This document shows positions 10,328 through 20,990 of a stretch of 64,000 bases of DNA, piece after piece. Origin of the DNA: a virus; the IMG/VR virus record IMGVR_UViG_3300033141_003168, positions 32,001 through 96,000 of that record. One strand, 5' to 3'. Numbering within the stretch: the first letter of the stretch is position 1; each line of letters begins with the position of its first letter. The notes below the pieces were generated by a model. It did no database searches. It had not been told where the DNA came from and saw only the letters and a program-made list of their open reading frames with translations. A program made the translations under genes and the position numbers.

Positions 10328-11242
10328 GTGGGAATTACCAAAAAGTCAGGGAAAGGCAGGTCGGCCAAAAATAAAGGCGACGACAAAATGCCGGTTCGAC
10401 CTAAAGGCATGTCGTTAGAAGATTTTAAGAAGTACAATAAAAGCGAAGAGGCGAAAGGCGGCAAGTACAAAGATTTCCGTAAGAACCATCAATTCACGCC
10501 ACCGCCCGATTCGACTTCATGTGTTCGCTTTATGACAGACGGGCAAGACGCATATTATTATCGCGGCTTTACCCATGAGATTTTTAGCGGTACGAAAAGT
10601 TATCGCGAGTTTCTTTGCCGCAACGATGAAAAAGGAAAGGGTGATTGTCCGGCCTGTAAAAAAGGCGTACCGCGAAAGTTCTTTTCCGTGTGTGCGATTT
10701 ACCTCAAGTGGGTAAAAGACGACGATCAAGAAAAGATCGCGGAGTACAAGTACGGGAAAGAAACCCGTAAGCTGAAAGGTTTTAAATACTGGAGTCATTC
10801 GCGGACGGTGATGAAGCAGATTGCCTCTAAGATCGGTTTGAAAGGATTGAAGGGCCGCGACTGGTTTGTGGTTCGAGAAGGGTCAGGTATGAATGATACG
10901 AAATATTCACTCGAAGGTGACGATCTCTCCAAATTTAAGAAGAAAGTGACAAGCAAAAGTCTTGCGTTCTTCGATAATTATATCAACGGCTTGAACAAGT
11001 CAGTGAAGGAGATCAAGGCAATGATTAAAGGCTGGGAGCCGCAGGAGAGTGATGCGCTTCCCGACGAAGACGACGAGAGTGAGTTTGACGACATGAACAG
11101 GAAGCAGTTAAAGAAATTCATTCGTGAGTACGACGAGGAATTTAAATTTTTCAGTTCTCAGTCGGACGACGATCTTCGCGAAACTGCCGCAAAACTTGAA
11201 GCAGACACGGACGGTGACGATCTCGAAGAAGACGACCTGTAA
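10328..11242 (+). CDS. single-stranded DNA-binding protein (gp32-like)
   Basis: Lies between helicase and primase; H/C...CPAC Zn site, 'REGSGMNDTKY', acidic tail. Confidence 0.65.
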   Translation: MGITKKSGKGRSAKNKGDDKMPVRPKGMSLEDFKKYNKSEEAKGGKYKDFRKNHQFTPPPDSTSCVRFMTDGQDAYYYRGFTHEIFSGTKSYREFLCRNDEKGKGDCPACKKGVPRKFFSVCAIYLKWVKDDDQEKIAEYKYGKETRKLKGFKYWSHSRTVMKQIASKIGLKGLKGRDWFVVREGSGMNDTKYSLEGDDLSKFKKKVTSKSLAFFDNYINGLNKSVKEIKAMIKGWEPQESDALPDEDDESEFDDMNRKQLKKFIREYDEEFKFFSSQSDDDLRETAAKLEADTDGDDLEEDDL

Positions 11243-11254
11243 AGGAAAGGTTGA

Positions 11255-12196
11255 ATGATTTTAAGTACTTCTACACCCGAAGATGTTTTACATTTTTACG
11301 GAGTATCGACGCGACGGGCCAGTGGCGAACTTTCTTTTATGTGTCCATTTCATCCCGATGGTTCTTATTCGGCTTCAATGAATATTAATACCGGGTTATG
11401 GATTTGCCATTCATGTGGTGAACGAGGAAATATTTATCAGTTCATTGCAAAACAAGAAGGAACATCAATCGCCCAAGCCGAGGAAATGGTTTTTGCGCCG
11501 TCACTAATAATGGCAGGTATGCTTTCGGAACCAGAGGAAGAGGAGGATCGGAATGTTGTTAAGGTTTCCGAAGTCCCATTACCCAGTTACGCGAAATTGT
11601 ATTTTATGAATCGTGGCTTTTCGCTTTTAACATTGAAAGGTTACGGTGTGACTTACGACAGGAACAGCGACAGGGTGTTACTTAAAGTTTCAGACAGTCG
11701 GGGAAACGTGGGAGGAACAATAGGCCGCGCACTTACGAGTAGATTAAAACCGAAATATCTTTTTTCTAAAGGTTTGAAAAAGGGTAGATTTTTATTCGGT
11801 CACGCGCAGGCTTTGCGTTCTTGTATCGGCACGAGGAAATCAAAAGTGCTTCTCGTTGAAGGCCCACTTGATGCAATGAAGGCTGCGCAATCGAGGTTCC
11901 CTGCCGTTGCAGTAATGGGAGCGATTGTTTCCGAGGCGCAGGTGTCGTTACTCGCTTCATCGTTTGATTATGTTTATATCGCCGCCGATGTTGACCCGGC
12001 AGGTCGGGAACTTGAACGTCAAGTAATAACCGTACTGGAGCCGATTTACGGAAACAGGTTGAAGGTAGTGCCGTTGTTACAGAAAGATGTTTGCGATTGT
12101 ACCCATGAAGAGTTAAGGGTTGCAGTCCGAAGTTCCTATTCGCCCCTTGTGTACGATATTACAGAGATTACAGAGGCGCGAATAGCGGAGGCATGA
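11255..12196 (+). CDS. dnaG: DNA primase (CHC2 Zn finger plus Toprim)
   Basis: 'CPFH...WICHSC', 'LVEGPLD', 'DVDPAG'. Confidence 0.9.
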   Translation: MILSTSTPEDVLHFYGVSTRRASGELSFMCPFHPDGSYSASMNINTGLWICHSCGERGNIYQFIAKQEGTSIAQAEEMVFAPSLIMAGMLSEPEEEEDRNVVKVSEVPLPSYAKLYFMNRGFSLLTLKGYGVTYDRNSDRVLLKVSDSRGNVGGTIGRALTSRLKPKYLFSKGLKKGRFLFGHAQALRSCIGTRKSKVLLVEGPLDAMKAAQSRFPAVAVMGAIVSEAQVSLLASSFDYVYIAADVDPAGRELERQVITVLEPIYGNRLKVVPLLQKDVCDCTHEELRVAVRSSYSPLVYDITEITEARIAEA

Positions 12197-12416
12197 AGGA
12201 TATTTTATTTATGTTTATATTGGGATATGCGCAACGAAACACGCCGCGAACAACCTTAACGTCGTGAGAACGTGTTTTCGTTGCGTAAATCGCCATACAG
12301 AGCGCAATTACTGTACCTGTTGCGCCTTTACGTTGTACAATAACGACGGTTAAAGAATTGGGGGTGACAATAACATCGTTAAGTTAAGAAAAATAAAAGG
12401 ATGTCGCCGTTGCGAA

Positions 12417-15400
12417 TTGCGCGAAGGGGCGACACAAGTAGTCACAGGGCGAGGGCCGAAAGACGCAAAGGTGGTTATTATCGGCGAAGCACCGGGCAAA
12501 GAGGAAGATAAGAGCGGCAAACCTTTTGTGGGCCGTTCAGGAAAACTTCTTTCAGAAGCTTTGAAAAATTCGGGGTTGAAAGAAAAAGATGTTTACATTT
12601 CCAACGTAATAAAATGTCGCCCTCCAGAAAATCGAACACCGACTCGTGAGGAAATTGGTCTGTGTAAAAAATGGCTTGATCTTGAACTCGATCTTATTAA
12701 ACCGGATTTTATAATGACACTTGGAGAAACGGCAATGTTTCGGTTGCTTGATTTTAAAGGAATCGCATCGAGGCGCGGTAAGGTACACAGGTCGGCGGAA
12801 TACGGAAAAGTGTTTGTTACCTATCATCCCGCCGCTGCACTACGCAACGTGAACCTCAAGAAAGTTTTTATGTCAGACGTTGCGCGATTTGTGCGATTAG
12901 TAAAAGGTAAAGTTCGTAAACGTGAAAAGCTTGAGTCTATAGTTTCGATAAAAGGAACAGAGGATAAAAAATTAGTACACCTTCACGTTCACGACGAGTT
13001 TAGTGTGTTGGACGGTTGCGGTAAGGCAGAGGAATTTGTTGGGGCCGCGAAAAGGTTGGGCATGGGTACACTCGCGACAACGAATCACCGATCTATTAGT
13101 GGAGTGCCATCGTTTCTCCGAGCCTGTGACAAAGGTGGCATTAAGCCCATCGTCGGTTGTGAGATCGAAGTCGTTGATGATATGTATTTCAAAGACAAAT
13201 CAACGCGAGGTAAAGCGAGACATTTAATTACGTGGTGCGATGGGCAACAGGGATATGATAATTTATTGAAACTTGTTACTTTGTCAAATGTTGAAGGATT
13301 TTATTTTAAGCCGCGAGTCGATTGGGATATGTTGAAGAAGTACAAAGATGGACTCGTTTTTGGTACCGCTTGTTTAGGTGGGCCGCTTTGCAAGGCCATC
13401 ATGGAACCGGATGAACCAGACCCCGATAAGGTTGCAAAGCGATTAAAAAAGATTTTAGGGGATAACCTTTTTGTTGAAATTATGGCAACAGACCAACCCC
13501 AACAACGGCAAGTAAATAAGGCATTGATAGACATTGCGAAATACCACAAGATGCCACTCGTTGCAACGGTAGATGCGCATTATCCTACGCCACGGTATGC
13601 AGACGTTCACGACATACTCCTGATGGTGCAAATGAATAATACGATCAGGCATACTAACAGATTTAAGTTTGATACAAAACAACTGTATTTGATTCCTTCG
13701 GGCGAAATGAAAACACGTTTACTCGAACAAGGATTACCACCCGACGCAGTTAGAAAGGCAATGCGAAACACGGTAGTGATCGGCAAGACATTGAGTACGG
13801 TAAAGATTCCCAAGCTGAATGTGAAGGACGCGCTTCCAGCCTCGAAGTGGAAAAACGAGTTTAGGGTTTTTGAGAAACGGACTATGGCAAAATGGAGGGC
13901 ATACAAGAAAAATGTTTCTAACGCAAAACGGTCTCGATATATAAAGAGGTTTAAATATGAGTTGGAAGTTATACAAAGGCATGGACTCATTAATTACTTT
14001 TTAATAACCACCGACATTATTAACTATTGCAAAGCCGAAGGCATACGAACAGGATCACGCGGAAGTGCGGCAGGTTCGTTAGTAGCTTTCCTTTTCGGGA
14101 TCACAAAAGTTGATCCGTTAGTTTATGATTTAATGTTTGAAAGGTTCCTTGGGCCGGAACGGTTGCAGTCAGGATCGTTGCCTGACATTGATTTAGACAT
14201 AGATTATACGCGACGTGAAGAAGTCATTAAGTATGTTTGTGATAAGTACGGTGAAGATCACGTTTCTCCATCATGTACGTTTTCAAGGATGCGCGGAAAA
14301 GCGGTTTTAAAAGACGTTGCGAGAACGCAATGTATTCCTGTGAAAGAAATAGAAGCAGTGACGGAGTTAATACAGAGTGAGAAAGAAGACGAATCATCGG
14401 AGGAAATATTTTCAGTTATCGAGGACGCGGTTCAGCAGTTTGAAGTGTTCAGGAAGTTTGAAAAGAAGTATCCGTTAGTAGTTCGTGCGGCTCTGAAATT
14501 AGAAGGTCAGGTTCGACATTTGGGCGTTCATCCGGCAGGGTACTTCATTACGAACAGTAAAATTTCTGAAATCACTCCTATCATAAAAACCGGCAATCGT
14601 TTTGTTACTGGTTACGAGGCGAGCGACCTTGAGAAAATCGGACTTACAAAATTTGATTTTCTTGGGCTTCGTACACTGTCGGTCATAGAGCAGGCATCGA
14701 AAACAGCGAAGGTTAATATTGACGACATACCTACCGACGACGAAAAAGTTTATTATTCATTTTCGCAAGGACACACACGAGGCATATTTCAGTTTGACGG
14801 CGGTGCAACGCGACTCCTGAAACAATGGCACTCACAAAGCATCCTCGACCTAACAATGGTCAACGCGGCGAACAGGCCAGGGCCGTTGCAGTCCGGTATG
14901 ACAAGACGCATTATGGATGATAGAAATGAGCGTCCTGTAGATCAACAGAATTCCGCGTTGGAAGAACTGTTGAAAGAAACTCATGGTGCTTTGATTTACC
15001 AAGAACAGGCTATGAAAATTTTACGCGAAGTTGGTGGCTTATCGTTGCTTGATGTAGATAAAGTCCGCAAACTAATTGCAAAGTCAAAAGGTGTTGCTGA
15101 AATTGAAAAACATAGATTAAAGTTTGTTAAGGGTGCGCGGAAGAATGGATTTACAAAAACTGACGCGAACGATATTTTTAGTTTTTTATCGGAATTTGGT
15201 GGGTATGGGTTCAATCGCAGTCACGCGGCTGTTTACGCCTATCTCGCTTATCAGACAATGTGGTTAAAAGTTCATTACCCTGCGGCTTTTATTGCGGCTT
15301 ATCTTTCAGTCCACACGGGTACGCAAGACATTACGTTGTTGGTTTCGGAGGCGTTGCGATTAGGAGTTAAAATATTGCCGCCGTCGATTGAAAAGTCTGA

Positions 15401-16133
15401 CGTAGGATTCAAGTCAGGTAAACGTGCGGTGCGCATTGGTTTGGGATCAGTACCATATATTGGCGTGGGTGCGGCGAAGGAGATTTTAAACAATCGGCCT
15501 TTTACTTCATACGGTGATTTTCTCAATCGTGTGAACTTGGGGAAACTTAATGCAAGGGCCGTTAAAATTTTAGCAGAGGTGGGAGCGTTTTCTTTTCCCG
15601 GTATTTCAAATCGTACCATTGCCGAAAAGCACCAAGATATTATTGAAGTAAAGAAAGGGTTAGAACCTGACGCGAAAATTAAGATAAAGAATTTATCGGA
15701 GTATACGGAAGATGAATTTTTGCAACAACGCGGTGGTCGATTAGGATTGCCACTTGGTCTTTTGAAACTTTCAGAATTCAGAATGAAAATTCAGGCCGAA
15801 GGAGACAGGGCAGGGAAGTCGTCAAAGAAGTTTCGGCTTGTAACTGGTCTTGATGTTGACTTGCGCTCAGACGATCTTATCGTCGTTGCGATTAACTCGG
15901 TTCGAGAACACAAAACAAAGAATCGGGATTTAATGGCGTTCCTGTCAATCGCAGATGAGACAGGAGAGCGCGGTGTCATAGCGTGGCCCAGTACTTATGA
16001 AATGTGGAAACAAGATTTAAAGGTAGGGAATATAATTGCATTTCGCCCGAAAGTAAAAGACGGTGAATTATTTATGGAGGCGAATCGGAAGTTCAGATGT
16101 TTGCTCAGATCAAATACAGAAAAGGAGGATTAG
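12417..16133 (+). CDS. dnaE: family-4 uracil-DNA glycosylase fused to DNA polymerase III alpha subunit
   Basis: UDG: 'IGEAPG','PFVG','KCRPPENR','TYHPAA'. PHP: 'HLHVH'. Polymerase: 'RGSAAGS','PDIDLD','KFDFLGL','YGFNRSH'. The true start is probably slightly upstream (see findings). Confidence 0.93.
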   Translation: MREGATQVVTGRGPKDAKVVIIGEAPGKEEDKSGKPFVGRSGKLLSEALKNSGLKEKDVYISNVIKCRPPENRTPTREEIGLCKKWLDLELDLIKPDFIMTLGETAMFRLLDFKGIASRRGKVHRSAEYGKVFVTYHPAAALRNVNLKKVFMSDVARFVRLVKGKVRKREKLESIVSIKGTEDKKLVHLHVHDEFSVLDGCGKAEEFVGAAKRLGMGTLATTNHRSISGVPSFLRACDKGGIKPIVGCEIEVVDDMYFKDKSTRGKARHLITWCDGQQGYDNLLKLVTLSNVEGFYFKPRVDWDMLKKYKDGLVFGTACLGGPLCKAIMEPDEPDPDKVAKRLKKILGDNLFVEIMATDQPQQRQVNKALIDIAKYHKMPLVATVDAHYPTPRYADVHDILLMVQMNNTIRHTNRFKFDTKQLYLIPSGEMKTRLLEQGLPPDAVRKAMRNTVVIGKTLSTVKIPKLNVKDALPASKWKNEFRVFEKRTMAKWRAYKKNVSNAKRSRYIKRFKYELEVIQRHGLINYFLITTDIINYCKAEGIRTGSRGSAAGSLVAFLFGITKVDPLVYDLMFERFLGPERLQSGSLPDIDLDIDYTRREEVIKYVCDKYGEDHVSPSCTFSRMRGKAVLKDVARTQCIPVKEIEAVTELIQSEKEDESSEEIFSVIEDAVQQFEVFRKFEKKYPLVVRAALKLEGQVRHLGVHPAGYFITNSKISEITPIIKTGNRFVTGYEASDLEKIGLTKFDFLGLRTLSVIEQASKTAKVNIDDIPTDDEKVYYSFSQGHTRGIFQFDGGATRLLKQWHSQSILDLTMVNAANRPGPLQSGMTRRIMDDRNERPVDQQNSALEELLKETHGALIYQEQAMKILREVGGLSLLDVDKVRKLIAKSKGVAEIEKHRLKFVKGARKNGFTKTDANDIFSFLSEFGGYGFNRSHAAVYAYLAYQTMWLKVHYPAAFIAAYLSVHTGTQDITLLVSEALRLGVKILPPSIEKSDVGFKSGKRAVRIGLGSVPYIGVGAAKEILNNRPFTSYGDFLNRVNLGKLNARAVKILAEVGAFSFPGISNRTIAEKHQDIIEVKKGLEPDAKIKIKNLSEYTEDEFLQQRGGRLGLPLGLLKLSEFRMKIQAEGDRAGKSSKKFRLVTGLDVDLRSDDLIVVAINSVREHKTKNRDLMAFLSIADETGERGVIAWPSTYEMWKQDLKVGNIIAFRPKVKDGELFMEANRKFRCLLRSNTEKED

Positions 16134-16304
16134 TTATGATTTTAAAACTTTCATCGCAGTAACATTCGCGAGTATATTTTCATTGATTGCTATATATTTA
16201 CCGCATCTTTATAATTTTGCCATTTTTTATCTTTTATTTATGATAATAATTTTGCAGTTAAGCCCGGACGAATAATGAAGTATTCTTAAAACAGAAAAGG
16301 AGAA

Positions 16305-16874
16305 ATGAACATGGGATTTGACTTAGGAGATTTGAAACGACTTGGCAAGAAGGTTTTGAAGAAGGGTGGCGCACCGATATTAGGTACATTACTCGGTGGG
16401 CCTGCCGGTTCGATTGCGGGAGATATTCTTGGTAATTTGTTTGGCGGCGACAAAAGTGCAAAGGAAATTGAAAAACTAATTGACACCGATCCTGCCGCTT
16501 ACGCAAAACTCAGAGAATATGAAATGAAACACAAAGAGGCGTTACAGCAACTTGAGATTGAAGAAAAGAAAATGTATCTTGTCGATATTCAATCAGCGCG
16601 GACACGTGAAGTAGAATTTGTAAAAGTAACCGGAGGACGTGATTGGTTTCATACTATTGTCGGTTCACTTGTGGTTGCCGGATTTATGGCAACTGTGGTT
16701 ATTTCTTTTAAGATTGTGCCGCCTGTGGGATCGGAACGTCTCATTGGAATTTTAATAGGTACACTTGGGGCCGGATTCATTCAGGTGTTAAATTATCTTT
16801 ATGGTTCTTCAAAAGGTAGTGCCGACAAGGCGAAAACACTTGAACGAATTGCCGCGAATGGCAGCGGAAAATAA
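16305..16874 (+). CDS. holin-like membrane protein
   Basis: 'APILGTLLGGPAG' N-terminus, coiled coil, two TM helices, 'YLYGSS'. Confidence 0.55.
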   Translation: MNMGFDLGDLKRLGKKVLKKGGAPILGTLLGGPAGSIAGDILGNLFGGDKSAKEIEKLIDTDPAAYAKLREYEMKHKEALQQLEIEEKKMYLVDIQSARTREVEFVKVTGGRDWFHTIVGSLVVAGFMATVVISFKIVPPVGSERLIGILIGTLGAGFIQVLNYLYGSSKGSADKAKTLERIAANGSGK

Positions 16875-16899
16875 ACTACTACGGAAACCGGATTAATTA
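16873..16899. repeat. 27-bp palindromic element, copy 3
   Basis: AAACTACTACGG-AAA-CCGGATTAATTA, overlapping a stop codon. Confidence 0.9.
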
Positions 16900-17281
16900 A
16901 ATTTTGAAAAAAAGGGAAAATGTTAAAATGCAAAAGGTAATAGCAATCATAGCGATCGGTGATAAAGAATACGAAGAGGAATTGACGGTTGAAAGTCTTG
17001 ATTCGCCGGAAGATGCCGTTCGGAAAGTAATAAAATTTTTTAATCAAGTCGAGAAAACAAGATATGGAAAAAAAGCACAATTGCGTCGTTTTGTCTGCAT
17101 CAAAGATTTGGGCCGCGAATATGAAGATCATGACTGGGATAAAGTTAATTTCGTTTCTCTGCCTGACGGTTCAGATAGATGGAAGTGTAAGAAATGCGGT
17201 CAGGTTATCAAACGGGTTTTAGGACAAGGATTTGAACACGCTAAACCGTGTAAGCTAAAACAACCTGAGAAAAGAAAGTAA

Positions 17282-18058
17282 ATGAGCGCAACAAAGAAAT
17301 TGGATCAAGATGTACAAGATATTTTTTCAAAGTGTACTATTCAAGGTAACGTAGTGTTGTTGCCCGAAGGCCAACTTGAACGGGTGATATATGTGAAAGT
17401 TGATAAGGCGTTGAAAGCACTGGGTGGCAAGTGGAACCGCAAGTTAAAAGGTCATGTATTTTCACAAGGCGAAGACCTTCATGCGTTACTGGGGCAAGCA
17501 ATCAAGTCGGGCGAAGTAATTGACAAAAAACAACTGTTTCAGTTTTATGAAACGCCTCGATCACTCGCGGAACGTGTAGTCGAACTTGCAGAAATAGAGG
17601 AAGGAATGTTAGTACTCGAACCCTCTGCGGGTGGTGGTGTAATTGTCAACGCAGTATTAGCGAATACTGAGGCAAGGGATATTCTTGCGATTGAATTGAA
17701 CAATTTTTGTTGTGATAACATGAGGAATTTGTTTCAATATGAAGGCTCCAGAGTGACTATCATTCAAAATGATTTTCTTGAAACTAATCCGAAGCCTATT
17801 TTCGACAGAGTTGTTATGAATCCTCCGTTTACGAAAGGTCAGTGTGTAAAACACATCCTTCATGCACTGAAATGCTTGAAGTCCGGAGGCAGACTTGTTT
17901 CGATTGCGAGTCCGGGAATAATGTTTCGGGAACAAAAACTGTATAAAGAAGTCAGGGCATGGATAAAGCGGGCGGGATTTTATGAAGAGAATCCCAAAAA
18001 TTCATTCAAACAGTCGGGCACGGCAGTAAACACGATCACAATAGTAGTTGAACGATAA
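17282..18058 (+). CDS. SAM-dependent amino-methyltransferase (N6-adenine type)
   Basis: 'FYETP', motif I 'LEPSAGGG', motif IV 'MNPPF', 'FKQSGT'. Confidence 0.85.
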   Translation: MSATKKLDQDVQDIFSKCTIQGNVVLLPEGQLERVIYVKVDKALKALGGKWNRKLKGHVFSQGEDLHALLGQAIKSGEVIDKKQLFQFYETPRSLAERVVELAEIEEGMLVLEPSAGGGVIVNAVLANTEARDILAIELNNFCCDNMRNLFQYEGSRVTIIQNDFLETNPKPIFDRVVMNPPFTKGQCVKHILHALKCLKSGGRLVSIASPGIMFREQKLYKEVRAWIKRAGFYEENPKNSFKQSGTAVNTITIVVER

Positions 18059-18072
18059 TAATCGGAGGCAAT

Positions 18073-19194
18073 ATGGCGAAGAAAAAATCTGTCAAGAAAA
18101 AGAAGAAGGCCAAAAAAGAAGTTGTTCTTACGGAACGAGAACAAGGCTTAGTCGAACGCGTCTTCGAACTCAACAAAACTTACGGCAAAGAAGAGGCATT
18201 TATTTTGCCGGGATCAGATGTGGTGTTCGGAAGTGTAAGGATGCAACCCACGGGCATACCGGCACTTGATAGAATGTTAGGTGGTGGATTTCCCGAAGGA
18301 AAAAACATTGAAGTATTCGGGCCAGAGGGTGGTGGGAAAACGACTCTTGTTCTAAATTATGTAGGTGAGAGGATGAAGGAAGACAAGATGTGCGTTTGGT
18401 TCGATGCGGAAGATTCCCTTGAAGTCCAGTGGGCAAAAAAGTTCGGGATTAGGGTTCAGAAACAACGCAAAGGTGAATCATTAAAAGATGCGTTAATTCG
18501 CGCAATCACTACGAGGTCATTGCTATTATGTAAACCTCAAGTTGGGGAACACGCCCTTGATGCAATGAAAGCGTTCTGCGGCTTTGTTGATGTGATGGTT
18601 GTTGATTCTGTTCCGGCATTGCAACCTATTGCAATGTTGGAAGCATCGAATCTTGACAATTTCATGGGACTAAAGGCGAGAATGATTTCACAAGGGATCG
18701 ACAACATTGTTTCTGTGAATAAGAAGAAAGACCCTTCAACGATAATTTGGATCAATCAGTTAACTACAAATATTGGTGGGTATGGTAATCCTGAAATAAC
18801 GCCGGGAGGAAAACGCCTCAAGTTTTATGCGAGACTAAGACTTGGAGTGCGGCAAATTGCGTTTGAGAAACTCGACAAAAAAAATCCTCGTCCCGGTCAA
18901 AGAATTGCTTGTTATGCAAAAAAGAATTCCTATTACCCGCCACACCGTAAGGCACAGTTCAACCTTATGTATAAGGGTCACTTTGATATTAAAGGTCAAA
19001 TTATTGATCTTGCAAAGGAGTATGAGATCATAGAACGCAAGGGATCATATCTTCACTACAGAGGAGAGAAACGGCAAGGCGATACTAATTTCAAAAAATT
19101 TCTTATCAGGAATCCCGACGTATATGCCGAACTTTTAGAACTTGTTGTTGAAAATATTAACGAGGAGATTGCAGATACGAAGGGAATATTTTAA
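18073..19194 (+). CDS. recA: RecA recombinase
   Basis: 'TGIPALDRMLGGG', 'GPEGGGKTT', 'VVDSV', 'WINQL', 'TPGGKRLKFYA'. Confidence 0.93.
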   Translation: MAKKKSVKKKKKAKKEVVLTEREQGLVERVFELNKTYGKEEAFILPGSDVVFGSVRMQPTGIPALDRMLGGGFPEGKNIEVFGPEGGGKTTLVLNYVGERMKEDKMCVWFDAEDSLEVQWAKKFGIRVQKQRKGESLKDALIRAITTRSLLLCKPQVGEHALDAMKAFCGFVDVMVVDSVPALQPIAMLEASNLDNFMGLKARMISQGIDNIVSVNKKKDPSTIIWINQLTTNIGGYGNPEITPGGKRLKFYARLRLGVRQIAFEKLDKKNPRPGQRIACYAKKNSYYPPHRKAQFNLMYKGHFDIKGQIIDLAKEYEIIERKGSYLHYRGEKRQGDTNFKKFLIRNPDVYAELLELVVENINEEIADTKGIF

Positions 19195-19218
19195 TTACTA
19201 CGGAAACCGCAGTAGTTT
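19192..19218. repeat. 27-bp palindromic element, copy 4
   Basis: TAATTACTACGG-AAA-CCGCAGTAGTTT; its TAA is the recA stop codon. Confidence 0.9.
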
Positions 19219-19233
19219 ATTTGAGGAGCAGTC

Positions 19234-19614
19234 ATGGCGAAAGGTTTTGATTGGTTAAAAAATTCAAGAAAGAAAAGGTCAATGTCATACCATAAGGGCA
19301 AAGAGGATGAGAAGGAAGGCGCGAAAAAATTAGGCATGTTTAAGACGAAAGGATCAGGCAATACAGGTGTTAGAAAAAATGATCTTTACGACGCGGTGTT
19401 CTGCGGCGAGTTAAAATGTACTGACGGGAAACAGTACACGTTACATCTTTCCGATTTGGTTAAACTTATTCAGTACGCGCATATCGCGAGTTCGATTCCT
19501 TATTTCAGGATAACATTTCGCAAGCCCAAAAAACGATCTTTTGTAATTATGAGGGAAGACGATTTTATTACACTCAAGGAGTTAGCAAATGGCAAAGAGT
19601 TCAGCAATGAGTAA
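19234..19614 (+). CDS. Hjc-like PD-(D/E)xK nuclease / resolvase
   Basis: 'GSG...KND...GELKCT' pattern; follows recA. Confidence 0.6.
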   Translation: MAKGFDWLKNSRKKRSMSYHKGKEDEKEGAKKLGMFKTKGSGNTGVRKNDLYDAVFCGELKCTDGKQYTLHLSDLVKLIQYAHIASSIPYFRITFRKPKKRSFVIMREDDFITLKELANGKEFSNE

Positions 19615-20497
19615 ATTGATAAGGGCGAGTGAAATCGATCCCTTATCAGCATTACAACTTGACATAGTACAGAGTAAACAAGAATCGGTTCATGGGACGG
19701 ATGGTTTTTTTCATCCTTCCTCAATTTCAAAGTTCTGCAAACGATCACTTGTATTGCCATACCTGACAGACGACGACGGCAATAAGGTGGCAGAAAAAAT
19801 CATCACGCCTGACGCGAGGCTCGAAGAGGTTTTTGAAGTTGGTACGTTCGGTCACATAAGAAAACAACTTCGACTTGTTCATGCAAACCTCTGTCTTCAA
19901 TGGAAGCCGTTGTCAAAAAGAGAAGAGGCGTACAAGAAAGAATTATATGATGAGTATTGGTATGAACCTGCGTCGGTAATGACAGAATTATGGAACTTCG
20001 CGAAGGAATATTATTGCATCGAAGTATCCATGAAAGATGTTGCGGAAAACGTGAAGGGCCATTGCGATAGTATTATTTTATTCAAAGGCGGCTTTTGGTT
20101 TTGGGAATTCAAGACTTGGAATTCTTTTGCTTGGGCCAAATTGAATTGTGCGGAACTGCCGCATAGGATTCAGGCGATAACTTATATGAGGTACATAAAA
20201 AAGAAATATGGGAAGAAAACTTTTTACGGGCCTGACGGTGAAAAATACACCATGAAGGACGTGAAGGGTTGTAGATTTTGGTATGAGAACAAAGACACAC
20301 AGATCACAAAGCAGTACACGATTGCGTCTGATAAAGAATTAGAAAGGCGGGTAGTGAAAATGTTAGCGTCGGCGCATAAGTTTTTGAAGGCAAACAAATT
20401 ACCGAAACGTGTGTATCATAATAAAGGATCAAAGCCTTGTCGCTGGTGTGATTGGTCACATTTTTGTTTCGGTAAAGGGGGCAAGAAATATGTCTGA
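19589..20497 (+). CDS. Cas4-like PD-(D/E)xK exonuclease
   Basis: 'HPSSISKFC', 'GHCD', 'EFKT', 'QAITY', C-terminal CxxC-x5-C. Confidence 0.75.
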   Translation: MAKSSAMSKLIRASEIDPLSALQLDIVQSKQESVHGTDGFFHPSSISKFCKRSLVLPYLTDDDGNKVAEKIITPDARLEEVFEVGTFGHIRKQLRLVHANLCLQWKPLSKREEAYKKELYDEYWYEPASVMTELWNFAKEYYCIEVSMKDVAENVKGHCDSIILFKGGFWFWEFKTWNSFAWAKLNCAELPHRIQAITYMRYIKKKYGKKTFYGPDGEKYTMKDVKGCRFWYENKDTQITKQYTIASDKELERRVVKMLASAHKFLKANKLPKRVYHNKGSKPCRWCDWSHFCFGKGGKKYV

Positions 20498-20990
20498 TAA
20501 ATACCAACCTTACAGAGACTATGCGGTAGGCGATAAGGTAAGAATTACTTCGGGGAGAATTGTTGATACAATTTCGCGGGCTTATGTTTTTGAAGACGAC
20601 AAAACCGCAACGTGGTTTGATAAAGATAAAGAATTAATTCTTAAAGGATTTAAAAAGCCACCGCGCCTAAAACGTGTTCACGTGGATGAAAATCTCAATC
20701 AGATTCCACAAAAACTTGTTGCAAGATACCGCAGACCGTTTTTTATTACTTGGCACGAATCGAATCAAGCGATATATGTGGGATACGCAGTTAGACATTT
20801 GGGTGAAGTGGTTTACTGTGAGTATAATTACGGATATGAGTACAACAATGAAATCGAAAAAGGTGGCTATCTGAAGGAGCGACGAGTTATATTTCTTGCG
20901 AGGCTTCGGTTTTGTGAAAACGGTGAAGAACATCTTACATTTTTTGACGAGATACAAAAGGTCGCAGATACGGTAGAGGAGGTACAATGA
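20490..20990 (+). CDS. hypothetical protein
   Basis: The ATG at 20490 overlaps the end of the upstream gene and is a likelier start than 20409. Confidence 0.5.
   Translation: MSDKYQPYRDYAVGDKVRITSGRIVDTISRAYVFEDDKTATWFDKDKELILKGFKKPPRLKRVHVDENLNQIPQKLVARYRRPFFITWHESNQAIYVGYAVRHLGEVVYCEYNYGYEYNNEIEKGGYLKERRVIFLARLRFCENGEEHLTFFDEIQKVADTVEEVQ

Noticed and set aside
19589-20497. Cas4-like gene as part of a CRISPR-Cas system
   Set aside because: No cas1/cas2 or array; it sits in a recA-resolvase cluster typical of phage recombination modules.
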